Positions 34,541 to 43,302 of a stretch of DNA of 64,000 nt are shown here, in pieces. How positions within the stretch are numbered: the stretch's first letter is position 1; each line of letters starts with the position of its first letter. Made by a program: the position numbers and the translations under genes. The stretch is from Burkholderiales bacterium (GTDB lineage Bacteria > Pseudomonadota > Gammaproteobacteria > Burkholderiales > SG8-41), in assembly GCA_046313915.1 (NCBI GenBank), contig JBKBXX010000002.1:14449-78448 (forward strand). Direction: 5' to 3'. Below the pieces are notes generated by a model. The model worked only from the letters and a program-made list of their open reading frames with translations, was not told where the DNA came from and searched no databases.

Positions 34541-36799
34541 ATGGCGCAGCCGTCCGCCCCGTCCATGCTGCTTTCCCTGCTCTACCGCTGGCTCGCCGCG
34601 ATCCTGGAAAGGCGCGGCCACTCGTCGCTTGCGCAGACCTGCTATCGCGAGGCAGCGCGGCTTGCGCCCGGCGACGCCAGGGCGCCTTTCGTCCTGGGCA
34701 GCCTGCTGCTGCGCCAGGGGCGGGCCGAAGAGGCCGCTCAGGCTTTCCGGCAAGCGCTCGCAGCCGACCCCGATCATGCCGAAGCCCACAACAATCTCGG
34801 CGTCGCGCTCGCTCAGCAGGAGCAGCTCGATGCGGCGGCCGCGTGTTATTGCGCTGCGCTGCGGCTCAAGCCGGACCACGCCGCGGCCCACAACAATCTG
34901 GGCAACGTCCATCTGGTGCGCGGCCAGCTGGACGAGGCCGAAGCCAGCTATCGCGCTGCATTGCGCTGCGACCGGCACTATGTCGAGGCGCACAACAACC
35001 TGGGGCTGGTGCTGCTCGAGCAAGGCCGCCACCAAGACGCCGAAAAAGCGATACGCGAGGCGCTGCGGCTGCGGCCAGACTTTGCCGGGGCATTAAACAA
35101 TCTGGGGAGCGTGCTGCTGCGCCAGGGCGAGGTCGAGGAAGCGGTGGCCTGCTTGCAGCAGGCGCTGCGGCTGCAGCCCGATCTCGGCGAAGCGCACATC
35201 AACCTCGCGCTGATCCTCGGCGACATGAACCAGCTCGCCGGCGCGGTCGATTATTACCGCAACAAGCTCAGGTTCAATCCCGATTCGGCCGAAGCCCACT
35301 TCAGGCTGGGAATGGGACTGCAGGCCCAGGGCAAGCTGGTCGAGGCGCGGCAGCATTTCGAGGCGATGTTGAAAATCAGGCCCGAGGCGCCGGAAGCGCT
35401 CGCCAATCTGGGTGGGGTTGCGCTGCGCGAAGGCAATCTCGACGAGGCGCTCGCTTTTTTCAAGGCGGCGCTCGAGCACGCGCCGGTTTTTGCCGGTGCC
35501 CATTACAACTACTTTTTCTGCCTCAATTACAGCGCCGACTACGAACCCGCCGAGGTCTTCGCCCAGCACGCCCGCTGGGCCGAAGCGCATGCCGATCCGC
35601 TGAGCAGCGCCGCCGCACCATTTGCCAATTCGCGCCGCCGTGACAGGAAGCTGCGCGTGGGCTACGTGTCGCCCGATTTCCGGGCGCACTCGGTGGCCTA
35701 TTTCATCGAACCCGTGATCCGGCATCACGACCGCGACCGCTTCGAGGTTTATTGCTATTCGAACGCGCTCCAGTCCGACGAGGTCACGGCGCGCATCCGC
35801 GCGCTCGCCGACGTGTGGCGCGACATCCGTCTCCAGACCACGTCCCAGGTGTGCGAGCAGGTTCGCGCAGACGGAATCGACATTCTGGTGGATCTCGCCG
35901 GCCACACCGGCAGGAACCGGCTGGCGGTTTTTGCCCACAAGCCCGCGCCCATCCAGGTGACCTACATCGGCTATCCCAACACCACCGGCCTCGCCGCGAT
36001 GGACTACCGCATCACCGATGCCTACGCCGATCCGCCAGGCCTGACCGAACGGTTCCACACCGAGCAACTGGTGCGGTTGCCGCAAACCTTTCTGGTTTAT
36101 GCGCCGCCGGCCGACAGTCCGGAGGTCGCGCCGCCGCCGCTCGCGCGCAAAGGGCATGTCACTTTCGGCAGCTTCAACAACGCCGCGAAAGTGATCCCCC
36201 GCGTCATCGCCCTGTGGTCGAAAATTCTCCATGCCGTGCCGGACAGCAGACTGATGCTCAAGCACTTTGCCTTCCACAGCGCCGAGGCCAAGGAGCGTTT
36301 CCAGGGATTGTTCGCGCAAAACGGCATCGCGGCTGACCGCATTGATCTGCTCGATTTCGTGCCCACGGTATCCAGCCACCTGGAACTGTACCATGAAGTG
36401 GATATCGCGCTCGATCCGTTCCCGTACAACGGCACCACCACCACCTGCGAAGCGCTGTGGATGGGTGTTCCGGTGATCACGCTCGCCGGCAAGGTCCACG
36501 CCGGGCGGGTCGGCGTGAGCCTGCTGTCCAACGCCGGTCTGGCCGAGTTGATCGCCGACAGCGAAGAAGCCTATGTCCGGATCGCCGTCGAGCTCGCCAA
36601 TGACGTGCAACGGCTCGCCGGGCTGCGGGCCGCCATGCGCGCAAGGCTCGAGAATTGTCCACTCACCGATGCCCGCGCGCTCGCGCGCGCGCTGGAAGCG
36701 GAGTATGCGAAAATGTGGCAAAGATGGTGTGAAACGCCCGCAGCGGCCGGAGACGGCGCCGTTCCGCTTGCCGCGGGCGCTGCGGCGCAGCTGCCGTAA
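34541..36799 (+). CDS. TPR-repeat protein fused to a GT41 (SPINDLY/O-GlcNAc-transferase-like) glycosyltransferase domain
   Basis: The N-terminal third to half consists of 34-aa TPRs (AHNNLG... recurs). The C-terminus reads LRVGYVSPDFRAHSVAYF...DILVDLAGHTGRNRLAVFAHKPAPIQVTYIGYPNTTG...VTFGSFNNAAKV...GTTTTCEALWMGVPV. Confidence 0.85.
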   Translation: MAQPSAPSMLLSLLYRWLAAILERRGHSSLAQTCYREAARLAPGDARAPFVLGSLLLRQGRAEEAAQAFRQALAADPDHAEAHNNLGVALAQQEQLDAAAACYCAALRLKPDHAAAHNNLGNVHLVRGQLDEAEASYRAALRCDRHYVEAHNNLGLVLLEQGRHQDAEKAIREALRLRPDFAGALNNLGSVLLRQGEVEEAVACLQQALRLQPDLGEAHINLALILGDMNQLAGAVDYYRNKLRFNPDSAEAHFRLGMGLQAQGKLVEARQHFEAMLKIRPEAPEALANLGGVALREGNLDEALAFFKAALEHAPVFAGAHYNYFFCLNYSADYEPAEVFAQHARWAEAHADPLSSAAAPFANSRRRDRKLRVGYVSPDFRAHSVAYFIEPVIRHHDRDRFEVYCYSNALQSDEVTARIRALADVWRDIRLQTTSQVCEQVRADGIDILVDLAGHTGRNRLAVFAHKPAPIQVTYIGYPNTTGLAAMDYRITDAYADPPGLTERFHTEQLVRLPQTFLVYAPPADSPEVAPPPLARKGHVTFGSFNNAAKVIPRVIALWSKILHAVPDSRLMLKHFAFHSAEAKERFQGLFAQNGIAADRIDLLDFVPTVSSHLELYHEVDIALDPFPYNGTTTTCEALWMGVPVITLAGKVHAGRVGVSLLSNAGLAELIADSEEAYVRIAVELANDVQRLAGLRAAMRARLENCPLTDARALARALEAEYAKMWQRWCETPAAAGDGAVPLAAGAAAQLP

Positions 36800-36840
36800 A
36801 AGGGAAACATCGAGCGCAGCATGAAGCCGGCGGATCGAAA

Positions 36841-37341
36841 ATGAAAATGCGGGGCTTCACCCTTCCCGAGCTGATCGCGGTGATCGTACTCGCGGGTGTG
36901 CTCGCGGCGGTGGCTGTGCCGCGCCTGCTGGGCGAGAGGGGTTTCGACAGCCGCGCTTTCTACGACCAGAGCCAGGCGGTGGTGCGTTACGCGCAGAAAG
37001 TGGCGATTGCCCAGAGAAGGCTGGTTTACGTCGACATCACTGCGAACCGCATCGGCGTGTGCTATGACGCGGCGTGCACGAGCAAAGTGCCGCCGCCGCT
37101 GCGCTATATGCAGAAGGACAAGCCCTCGGGCGCCGCCAATCCCGGCGCCGTGAATTGCGCGAACGACGACAACTGGCTGTGCGCGGGTGCGCCCGAAGGC
37201 GTGACGCTCGCGCCGGCGGCCAATTTCAGCTTCAACGGTCTCGGGCAGCCGAGCCTCGCCGGCGCGCTCACCGTCACCATCGCCGGCGATGCCGTGCATA
37301 CTTTCACCATCGAGCGCGAGACGGGATATGTCCATCCCTAG
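36841..37341 (+). CDS. Minor pilin, GspH/FimT-like (MshC-like position)
   Basis: MKMRGFTLPELIAVIVLAGVLAAVAVPRL prepilin-type N-terminus. First of four co-directional pilin-like genes. Confidence 0.78.
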   Translation: MKMRGFTLPELIAVIVLAGVLAAVAVPRLLGERGFDSRAFYDQSQAVVRYAQKVAIAQRRLVYVDITANRIGVCYDAACTSKVPPPLRYMQKDKPSGAANPGAVNCANDDNWLCAGAPEGVTLAPAANFSFNGLGQPSLAGALTVTIAGDAVHTFTIERETGYVHP

Positions 37342-37927
37342 CCGCATTGCGGTCCGCGGGCTGACGCTGGTCGAGCTGATCGTCTCCATCGTGATTATCG
37401 GCGTCGGCGTCGCGGGCATAGTGCTCGTGTTCAACACCACGGTGCGCGCGAGCGTCGATCCGCTGCTGCAGAAACAGGCGCTGGCGGTCGCCGAGGCGTT
37501 GCTCGAAGAAGTGCAGCTCATGCCTTATACCTATTGCGATCCGGACGATACTAACGCCGAAACCGCGCTCGGCGCCGATGATTGCAGCGGCGGCAGCGGC
37601 GGTCCCAATAACGAAAGCCGCGATCCGCTCGGTGCCGAAAGCGGCGAGACGCGCACCGGCGCGGTGACGCCATTCGACAACGTCAGCGATTACCATGGTT
37701 TTGGCCTGAGCGGCATCACCGACATCGTTGGCAACGCGATCCAGGGGTTGGAAGGCTACAGCGCGCAGATCACCGTCACGAAACAGGGGGTGGCCGCGGT
37801 CGGCGCGGTCGCAGAAATTCCCGACAGCGAAGCGCTGCTGATCACCGTGACCGTGACCGGGCCGGGCGACACCAGCGTGCGGCTTGATGGCTACCGCACG
37901 CGCTACGCCCCCAATCTGCTGCCATGA
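37328..37927 (+). CDS. Minor pilin-like protein (MshD-like position)
   Basis: MSIPSRIAVRGLTLVELIVSIVIIGVGVAGIVLVF... Start at the internal ATG 37328 of the 37289 ORF. Confidence 0.7.
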   Translation: MSIPSRIAVRGLTLVELIVSIVIIGVGVAGIVLVFNTTVRASVDPLLQKQALAVAEALLEEVQLMPYTYCDPDDTNAETALGADDCSGGSGGPNNESRDPLGAESGETRTGAVTPFDNVSDYHGFGLSGITDIVGNAIQGLEGYSAQITVTKQGVAAVGAVAEIPDSEALLITVTVTGPGDTSVRLDGYRTRYAPNLLP

Positions 37928-38748
37928 CTGACGCGATGAAAAAAAGACGCATGAGCCCGGGTTTCACGCTGATCGAAGCGGTGGTGGTGATCGTCATCAC
38001 CGGTGTCATCGCGGCGACGGTCGGCATTTTTGTCGTGCCGCCGATCCAGGCGTATCTCGACGTCACGCGTCGCGCCGAACTGACCGACATCGCCGATACC
38101 GCGTTGCGCCGCATCGGCCGCGATTTGCGCACTGCACTTCCCAACAGCATCCGCATCGCCTCGAACGGCGGCGCGACCTACCTCGAGTTTTTGCAGACCG
38201 CGGGCGGCGGACGCTATCGCGCCTCCCCCGACAGCGCAGGCGGCGGCAACGTCCTCGAATTCACGACCGCGGTCACCGCGTTCGACGTGATCGGGCCGGC
38301 GCCGGCGCTCGCGGCGGGCGACCAGATCGTCGTCTACAATCTCGGCGGCGGCAGCAGCGAAAGCGATGCCTACAACGGCAACAACCGTAGCGCTTTCGTC
38401 GCTTTTTCCACGCCGACGATCACCATCGCGAGCAAGCAGTTCCCGTTCTTTTCTCCCGGCAGGCGCTTTCACGTGGTGCGTCAGCCCGTGACCTACAAAT
38501 GCGATCCGGTCACCAACGAACTGCGCCGCTACTGGGGATACGCAATCACTGCGGCCCAGGCGACCCCGCCGGTGACCGCGAACAGCGCGCTGCTCGCGCA
38601 ACGCGTCACCGGCTGCGACTTCAGATACGATGTGAGCCCGACGCCCGCCTTGCAGCGCACCGGCACGGTGTCGTTGCGCATCGAGCTCACCGCAGCGGGA
38701 GAAAAAGTGAACCTGTTCCAGCAAGTCCATGTCGACAACACGCCCTAG
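37924..38748 (+). CDS. Pilin-like assembly protein (MshO-like position)
   Basis: MSPGFTLIEAVVVIVITGVIAATVGIFVVPPIQAYLDVTRRAELTD... The ATG overlaps the preceding stop (ATGA). Confidence 0.7.
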   Translation: MTDAMKKRRMSPGFTLIEAVVVIVITGVIAATVGIFVVPPIQAYLDVTRRAELTDIADTALRRIGRDLRTALPNSIRIASNGGATYLEFLQTAGGGRYRASPDSAGGGNVLEFTTAVTAFDVIGPAPALAAGDQIVVYNLGGGSSESDAYNGNNRSAFVAFSTPTITIASKQFPFFSPGRRFHVVRQPVTYKCDPVTNELRRYWGYAITAAQATPPVTANSALLAQRVTGCDFRYDVSPTPALQRTGTVSLRIELTAAGEKVNLFQQVHVDNTP

Positions 38749-39292
38749 CGGCCAGCGGTCCATGATTTGCGATCCGGGAAAGCCGCCGCATCGCGCTTCG
38801 CACGGCTTCAGCCTGCCCACCGCGATTTTCCTGCTGGTGGTGCTGTGGCTGCTGGGCGCGTTCGTGATTTCGATCACCGGCACGCAGCGCGGTGCGCTCG
38901 TGATGGACGTGCGGGGCGCGCGCGCCTACCAGGCGGCGCGCGCCGGCATCGAGTGGGCGGCCTACCACGTGCTCGATCCCAACAACGATTTGCAGGACAA
39001 CAGCCCGCCCGTCAATTTGCTGGCGCCGTGTCCCGGCGCTGCGGGAAGCTCGCCCAGCACCACGACGTTGCCCGCGCTGGCGGGTTCGCTTGCAGATTTC
39101 ACGGTGACGGTGGCCTGCACCGCGACCGACGCGACCGAGGCCAACCGCGTGATCCGGGTGTTCAGGATCACGGCGACTGCCGCCAGCGGCGCGCCGGGCA
39201 CTGCGGATTACATCGAGCGCAAGCTCGAAGCGGTGCTGAGCAAATGCAAGAATCCGGCGGCGCCGGCGCCGCGCTTCGCGTGCGGTGGTTGA
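38729..39292 (+). CDS. Pilin-like assembly protein (MshP-like position)
   Basis: HGFSLPTAIFLLVVLWLLGAFVISITGTQRGALVMDVRGARAYQAARAGIEWAAYHV. The start could be ATG 38762. Confidence 0.6.
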   Translation: MSTTRPSGQRSMICDPGKPPHRASHGFSLPTAIFLLVVLWLLGAFVISITGTQRGALVMDVRGARAYQAARAGIEWAAYHVLDPNNDLQDNSPPVNLLAPCPGAAGSSPSTTTLPALAGSLADFTVTVACTATDATEANRVIRVFRITATAASGAPGTADYIERKLEAVLSKCKNPAAPAPRFACGG

Positions 39293-39296
39293 AGCC

Positions 39297-42200
39297 ATGG
39301 GAAAGCAGATCATGCGATTGAAGTTTTTGGCCACGGTGATCTTGCTGGGCACCTGGTTCGCCACGAGCAGCGCGGCGCTGGCGCTCACCTGTGCGTCGCA
39401 AACCAGCGGCAACTGGAACGTCGCCGCGACCTGGAGCTGCGGGGCGGTGCCGGGCGCCGCCGACGACGTGCAGATCCGCAACGGCAACAGCGTGACGATA
39501 CCGGCCGGTTACGCCGCCGCCGCCAACAGCGTGACTTTCCTCGCCACCAACGGTTCGGCGCGGCTCATCCATGACACCGGCACCAGCACGCTTGCGGTAG
39601 GCGCGGGCGGCGTCACCATCAACGCGCCGACCAACAACCAAATTAATTCGTGGGATGTTTTCGACGGCAGCGCCACGGTCAACGGCGCGGTGACGCTGGT
39701 CGGCGGCAGCACCAACAATCGCGTCGCGCGCATCCGGGTCTCGGCCGGCACCCTCGACATCAACGGCAATCTTACCCTGGATGCCGCTGCCGCGCCGCGC
39801 GCGCTGCTCGCGGTTACCGGTGCGGGCAACGTGCTGCTTGCCGGAAATTTTACCCTTACCAGCGGCCAGGGCACGCTGACGATGGCGGCCGGCAGCACTT
39901 TCACGTACAGATCAGCCGGCACGGCGACGGTGGCGACCGGAGCCAACATCGCGTACCGCAATCTCGTGATCAACAAACCGGGCGGTACCGCGACCGCCGC
40001 CGCCGCGCCTGCGCCGCCGCGCAGTCTCACCGTAGCCGGCAGTCTGACGGTGCAGGCGGGGGTGTTCGATGTCGCCAGCACCAACACCGCAGTCAGCGGC
40101 AACACCAGTCTCAGCGGCGAGCTGCTGCTCAGCTCGGCGACGGGTTCCAAGACTTTCACGGGAAGCGTGACCATCAACGCCGTGACTGGCAGATGGAACA
40201 ACATCGGCAACGCCGCCGTGACCATGGGCGGCGATCTCGTCAACAACAATTCGACACTGACGCCGGCGTTCGTGTCGGGTAGCGGCAACTATACCTTCGT
40301 CAATGCCACCTACGTGTGGGCTAGCGTCAACGGTCTCACTTTTTCCGGCAACGTTTTCGTCAATGGCAGGCGCACCAACACCACTACTACCACGATCGCC
40401 GGCAATCTCGCCGGCAGCGCGCGGCTCGACAACGGTGCCAATCAGACCCTCAACATCGGTGGCAATGCCAACGGCATTGCCACGCTCGACGCCTCGGCGA
40501 ACGGCAATATCGTCAACTACAACGGCAGTGCGGCGCAAATCGCGGAAAACACCACTTATTATCACCTGCGGATCAACAACACGGTCGGCCCGGTGACGCT
40601 GGCGGGTGCCATCACCGTGCTCGGCGATCTGACCAACAACGGCAATTTCGATCCGGCCGCGGGCAGCTGGCGGGTGACTTTCGGCGGCAGCGTGACGCAG
40701 AACCTGCTCGGCACGGCGGCGACCGGTTTCTACGACGTGACGCTCGACAACCCGGCCGGACTGGTGCTGGCGCAGGACATGAACGTCGCCCACAACCTCA
40801 CATTGCAAAATGGCGTGCTCACCACCGGCAGCCATATCCTTTTCATCAGCAATCCCTCGCCCACGGGCTCGAACATCAACGCCAATGCGAGCAAGTTCAT
40901 CGTCGGCAACCTGAAGAAGGCGATTCCCGCTGGCAGCAACATCAGCCGCAATTTCGAGGTCGGCACGGTGAGCGGCGGGCTGCGCTACGTGCCGGTCAGC
41001 GCCACCTTCGCCTCGGTGAGCATTGCCGGCGCGCTCACCGTTGCGACCGGCGTACCCGACCATCCTGCGATCGCTTCGTCCGACATCGACGAGAATCTGA
41101 GTGTCAACCGCTACTGGACTTTCACCAATGGCGGCACGGTGTTTACCAGCTACAGCGCGACGCTGACTTTCATCAACCCCGCCGATCTCGACTCCGGCAC
41201 CGATCCGCTGGTGTTCATCGCCCAGCGCTACAGTCCGCCGCATCCTGCCGCGGGCACGTGGAGCGATGTCGCGGTGAGCACTGCCACGGCCAGCATCACC
41301 ATGAGCGGCGTGACCGGTTTCGGCGATTTCGCGGTCGGTACGCGGCGCGGCGGCACGCCCGGCATCGGCCGTTTCAACGCGTACGAAACCAGCACCCCTC
41401 CCGGTGCGACCACCGGAGTGATCAGGACCAAGGTCGCCGGCCAGACTTTCCAGCTCGATATCGTCGCCATCAATCTTGCGGGCAACGCGATCCAGACCAA
41501 CTACACCGATACCACCCGCATCGAGGTGCTGAACGCGAGTGATAACAGCGGCGCGCTGGATGCCAACGCGTGCCGTCCGAGCTGGAGCGTGATCCAGACG
41601 CTGCCCAACGTCGATTTCATCAGCAAGGACAACGGCCGCAAAACCGTCAGCATCACCGAAAACAACGCGTGGCCGGTGGTTCGCCTGCGCATGTCCAACC
41701 TTTCCGGCTCGCGCGTCGGCTGCTCGACCGACGCATTTGCGATCCGGCCCGCCACTTTGGCGAATCTTGCCGCGAGCGACAACAACAATTGGGAGACCGC
41801 GGGAACCGCCCGCGTGCTGGGTGAGGTGACCTTCGGCACGGTGATGCACAAGGCGGGACGGCCTTTCAGCGTGCGTGCGACGGCGCAAAACGCCGCTGGC
41901 GGCACGACCACCAACTATGCCGGCGCCCCGGTCGTCGTCCTGAGCGTCTGCGGTGGCGCCGCCTGCACGCCGAGCTTCGGCAGCCTCGCGCTGAACACCG
42001 CGTTCGTCGCAGGAGAGCTGGTTGCCGACACCGCGAGCTATAGCGAAGTCGGCGCCTTCGGCCTGCAGCTCGTCGACGATGCGTTCGCCGCCATCGACAA
42101 CGCCGACGGCTCGACGCTCGGCGAAAGACGCGTTGCGTCTGCCACGGTCAATGTCGGGCGTTTTGTGCCCGACCATTTTGCGGTGGCGCTCAACACGCCC

Positions 42201-43187
42201 CAGTTTGCGACCGCCTGCGCGGCGGGCAATTTCACTTACGTCGGCCAGCGCTTCGCTTACACGGTCCAGCCGGTGATCACGGTGGAGGCGCGCAGTCTCG
42301 GCGGCAGCGCGACCGCGCTCTACCGCGGCAACTGGTGGCGCCTCACCAATGCGACTCTCAGCGGCAAGGCGTATACGGCGGCGAGCGGCACGGTGAATAC
42401 GGCCGATGTTCCCGCCACCGATCCGGTGATCCGCTATAACGGCGACGGCCTGCCCAATCCGCCGCCGCTCAACCCCGGCCAAGGCACGCTCACCTTCAGC
42501 TCGGGCACCGCTCTCGGTTCGGGCCTGTTTTTCACGCGTACTGTGCCCGTGGCGCCTTTCGACGCCGAGATCCGCCTCGCGATCAACGTTGCCGACGCCG
42601 ACGGCGTGGTCTATGAGTTTCCGCCCGGAACGCCCGCCAACCCGGTGGGCTTCGGCCAGGCGAGCGCCGGCAACGGCATCGCTTTTGCCAATGGCAAAAA
42701 CATGCGCTTCGGGCGCCTGCGGCTGGTCAATGCGAGCGGCTCCAACCTGCTGCCGCTCACGCTGCGCATGGAGGCGCAGCACTGGGTCGCGCCCGGCTAT
42801 TTCGTGACCAACGTCGACGACGGCTGCACGGCGGTTGCGGCGGCCAGCGTCGCGCTGGGCAATTTCCAGGGCCTGACGAACGGTGACACTACGCCGACGA
42901 TTACGTCCGAGCCTTTTGCGAACGGCGTCAAGCTCATCAGGCTTTCGGCGCCCGGCGGCACCAAGACCGGCAGCGTCGATGTCGTGGTCAACCTCAACGC
43001 GACTGCAGGTGCGCTTGCTGCCTGCCCGCCATTTGCCACCTCGTCCACTCCCACCGCAGCCAACCTCGCTTTCCTGCGCGGCAACTGGTGCGGCGGCTAC
43101 GACAACGATCCCAAGGCGAGGGCGCGTTTCGGCGTCTATCGCGGCAGCGAAGAGGTTATCGACATCAGGGAAAATTTCTTAAATTAA
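39297..43187 (+). CDS. Giant MshQ-like pilus-associated protein (about 1300 aa) with a repetitive Gly/Asn/Thr-rich N-terminal half
   Basis: Signal peptide MRLKFLATVILLGTWFATSSAALA. It is the last gene of the minor-pilin operon, as mshQ is in MSHA loci. Start is ATG 39297 or 39312. Confidence 0.72.
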   Translation: MGKQIMRLKFLATVILLGTWFATSSAALALTCASQTSGNWNVAATWSCGAVPGAADDVQIRNGNSVTIPAGYAAAANSVTFLATNGSARLIHDTGTSTLAVGAGGVTINAPTNNQINSWDVFDGSATVNGAVTLVGGSTNNRVARIRVSAGTLDINGNLTLDAAAAPRALLAVTGAGNVLLAGNFTLTSGQGTLTMAAGSTFTYRSAGTATVATGANIAYRNLVINKPGGTATAAAAPAPPRSLTVAGSLTVQAGVFDVASTNTAVSGNTSLSGELLLSSATGSKTFTGSVTINAVTGRWNNIGNAAVTMGGDLVNNNSTLTPAFVSGSGNYTFVNATYVWASVNGLTFSGNVFVNGRRTNTTTTTIAGNLAGSARLDNGANQTLNIGGNANGIATLDASANGNIVNYNGSAAQIAENTTYYHLRINNTVGPVTLAGAITVLGDLTNNGNFDPAAGSWRVTFGGSVTQNLLGTAATGFYDVTLDNPAGLVLAQDMNVAHNLTLQNGVLTTGSHILFISNPSPTGSNINANASKFIVGNLKKAIPAGSNISRNFEVGTVSGGLRYVPVSATFASVSIAGALTVATGVPDHPAIASSDIDENLSVNRYWTFTNGGTVFTSYSATLTFINPADLDSGTDPLVFIAQRYSPPHPAAGTWSDVAVSTATASITMSGVTGFGDFAVGTRRGGTPGIGRFNAYETSTPPGATTGVIRTKVAGQTFQLDIVAINLAGNAIQTNYTDTTRIEVLNASDNSGALDANACRPSWSVIQTLPNVDFISKDNGRKTVSITENNAWPVVRLRMSNLSGSRVGCSTDAFAIRPATLANLAASDNNNWETAGTARVLGEVTFGTVMHKAGRPFSVRATAQNAAGGTTTNYAGAPVVVLSVCGGAACTPSFGSLALNTAFVAGELVADTASYSEVGAFGLQLVDDAFAAIDNADGSTLGERRVASATVNVGRFVPDHFAVALNTPQFATACAAGNFTYVGQRFAYTVQPVITVEARSLGGSATALYRGNWWRLTNATLSGKAYTAASGTVNTADVPATDPVIRYNGDGLPNPPPLNPGQGTLTFSSGTALGSGLFFTRTVPVAPFDAEIRLAINVADADGVVYEFPPGTPANPVGFGQASAGNGIAFANGKNMRFGRLRLVNASGSNLLPLTLRMEAQHWVAPGYFVTNVDDGCTAVAAASVALGNFQGLTNGDTTPTITSEPFANGVKLIRLSAPGGTKTGSVDVVVNLNATAGALAACPPFATSSTPTAANLAFLRGNWCGGYDNDPKARARFGVYRGSEEVIDIRENFLN

Positions 43188-43302
43188 ACAATATGTTATG
43201 TTATATTTCCCAGGCTAAGACCAAAAAGAGCACTTAACCTATTGACAATATTGGGTTTTATGTTAATTTCCCTTACCATGGCCTCGTCAAGGCTGGGAAA
43301 AA
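43188..43302 (+). promoter_or_regulatory. AT-rich intergenic promoter region for mshI-N, with TTGACA and a direct repeat ATGTTA(T)ATTTCCC
   Basis: TTGACA at 43242-43247, then N16, then TAATTT. ATGTTATATTTCCC at 43198-43211 and ATGTTAATTTCCC at 43260-43272. Confidence 0.35.

Noticed and set aside
39912-42782. 956-aa minus-strand ORF
   Set aside because: It is antisense to the MshQ-like gene, is Arg/Gly/Ala-rich and has no signal or domain features.
43242-43272. dif-like XerD arm (TTATGTTAATT versus TTATGTTAAAT) in the mshI upstream region
   Set aside because: Only the XerD-arm half matches. The expected XerC arm and 6-bp central region upstream do not (about 5 of 11), so I do not call a dif or IMEX site.
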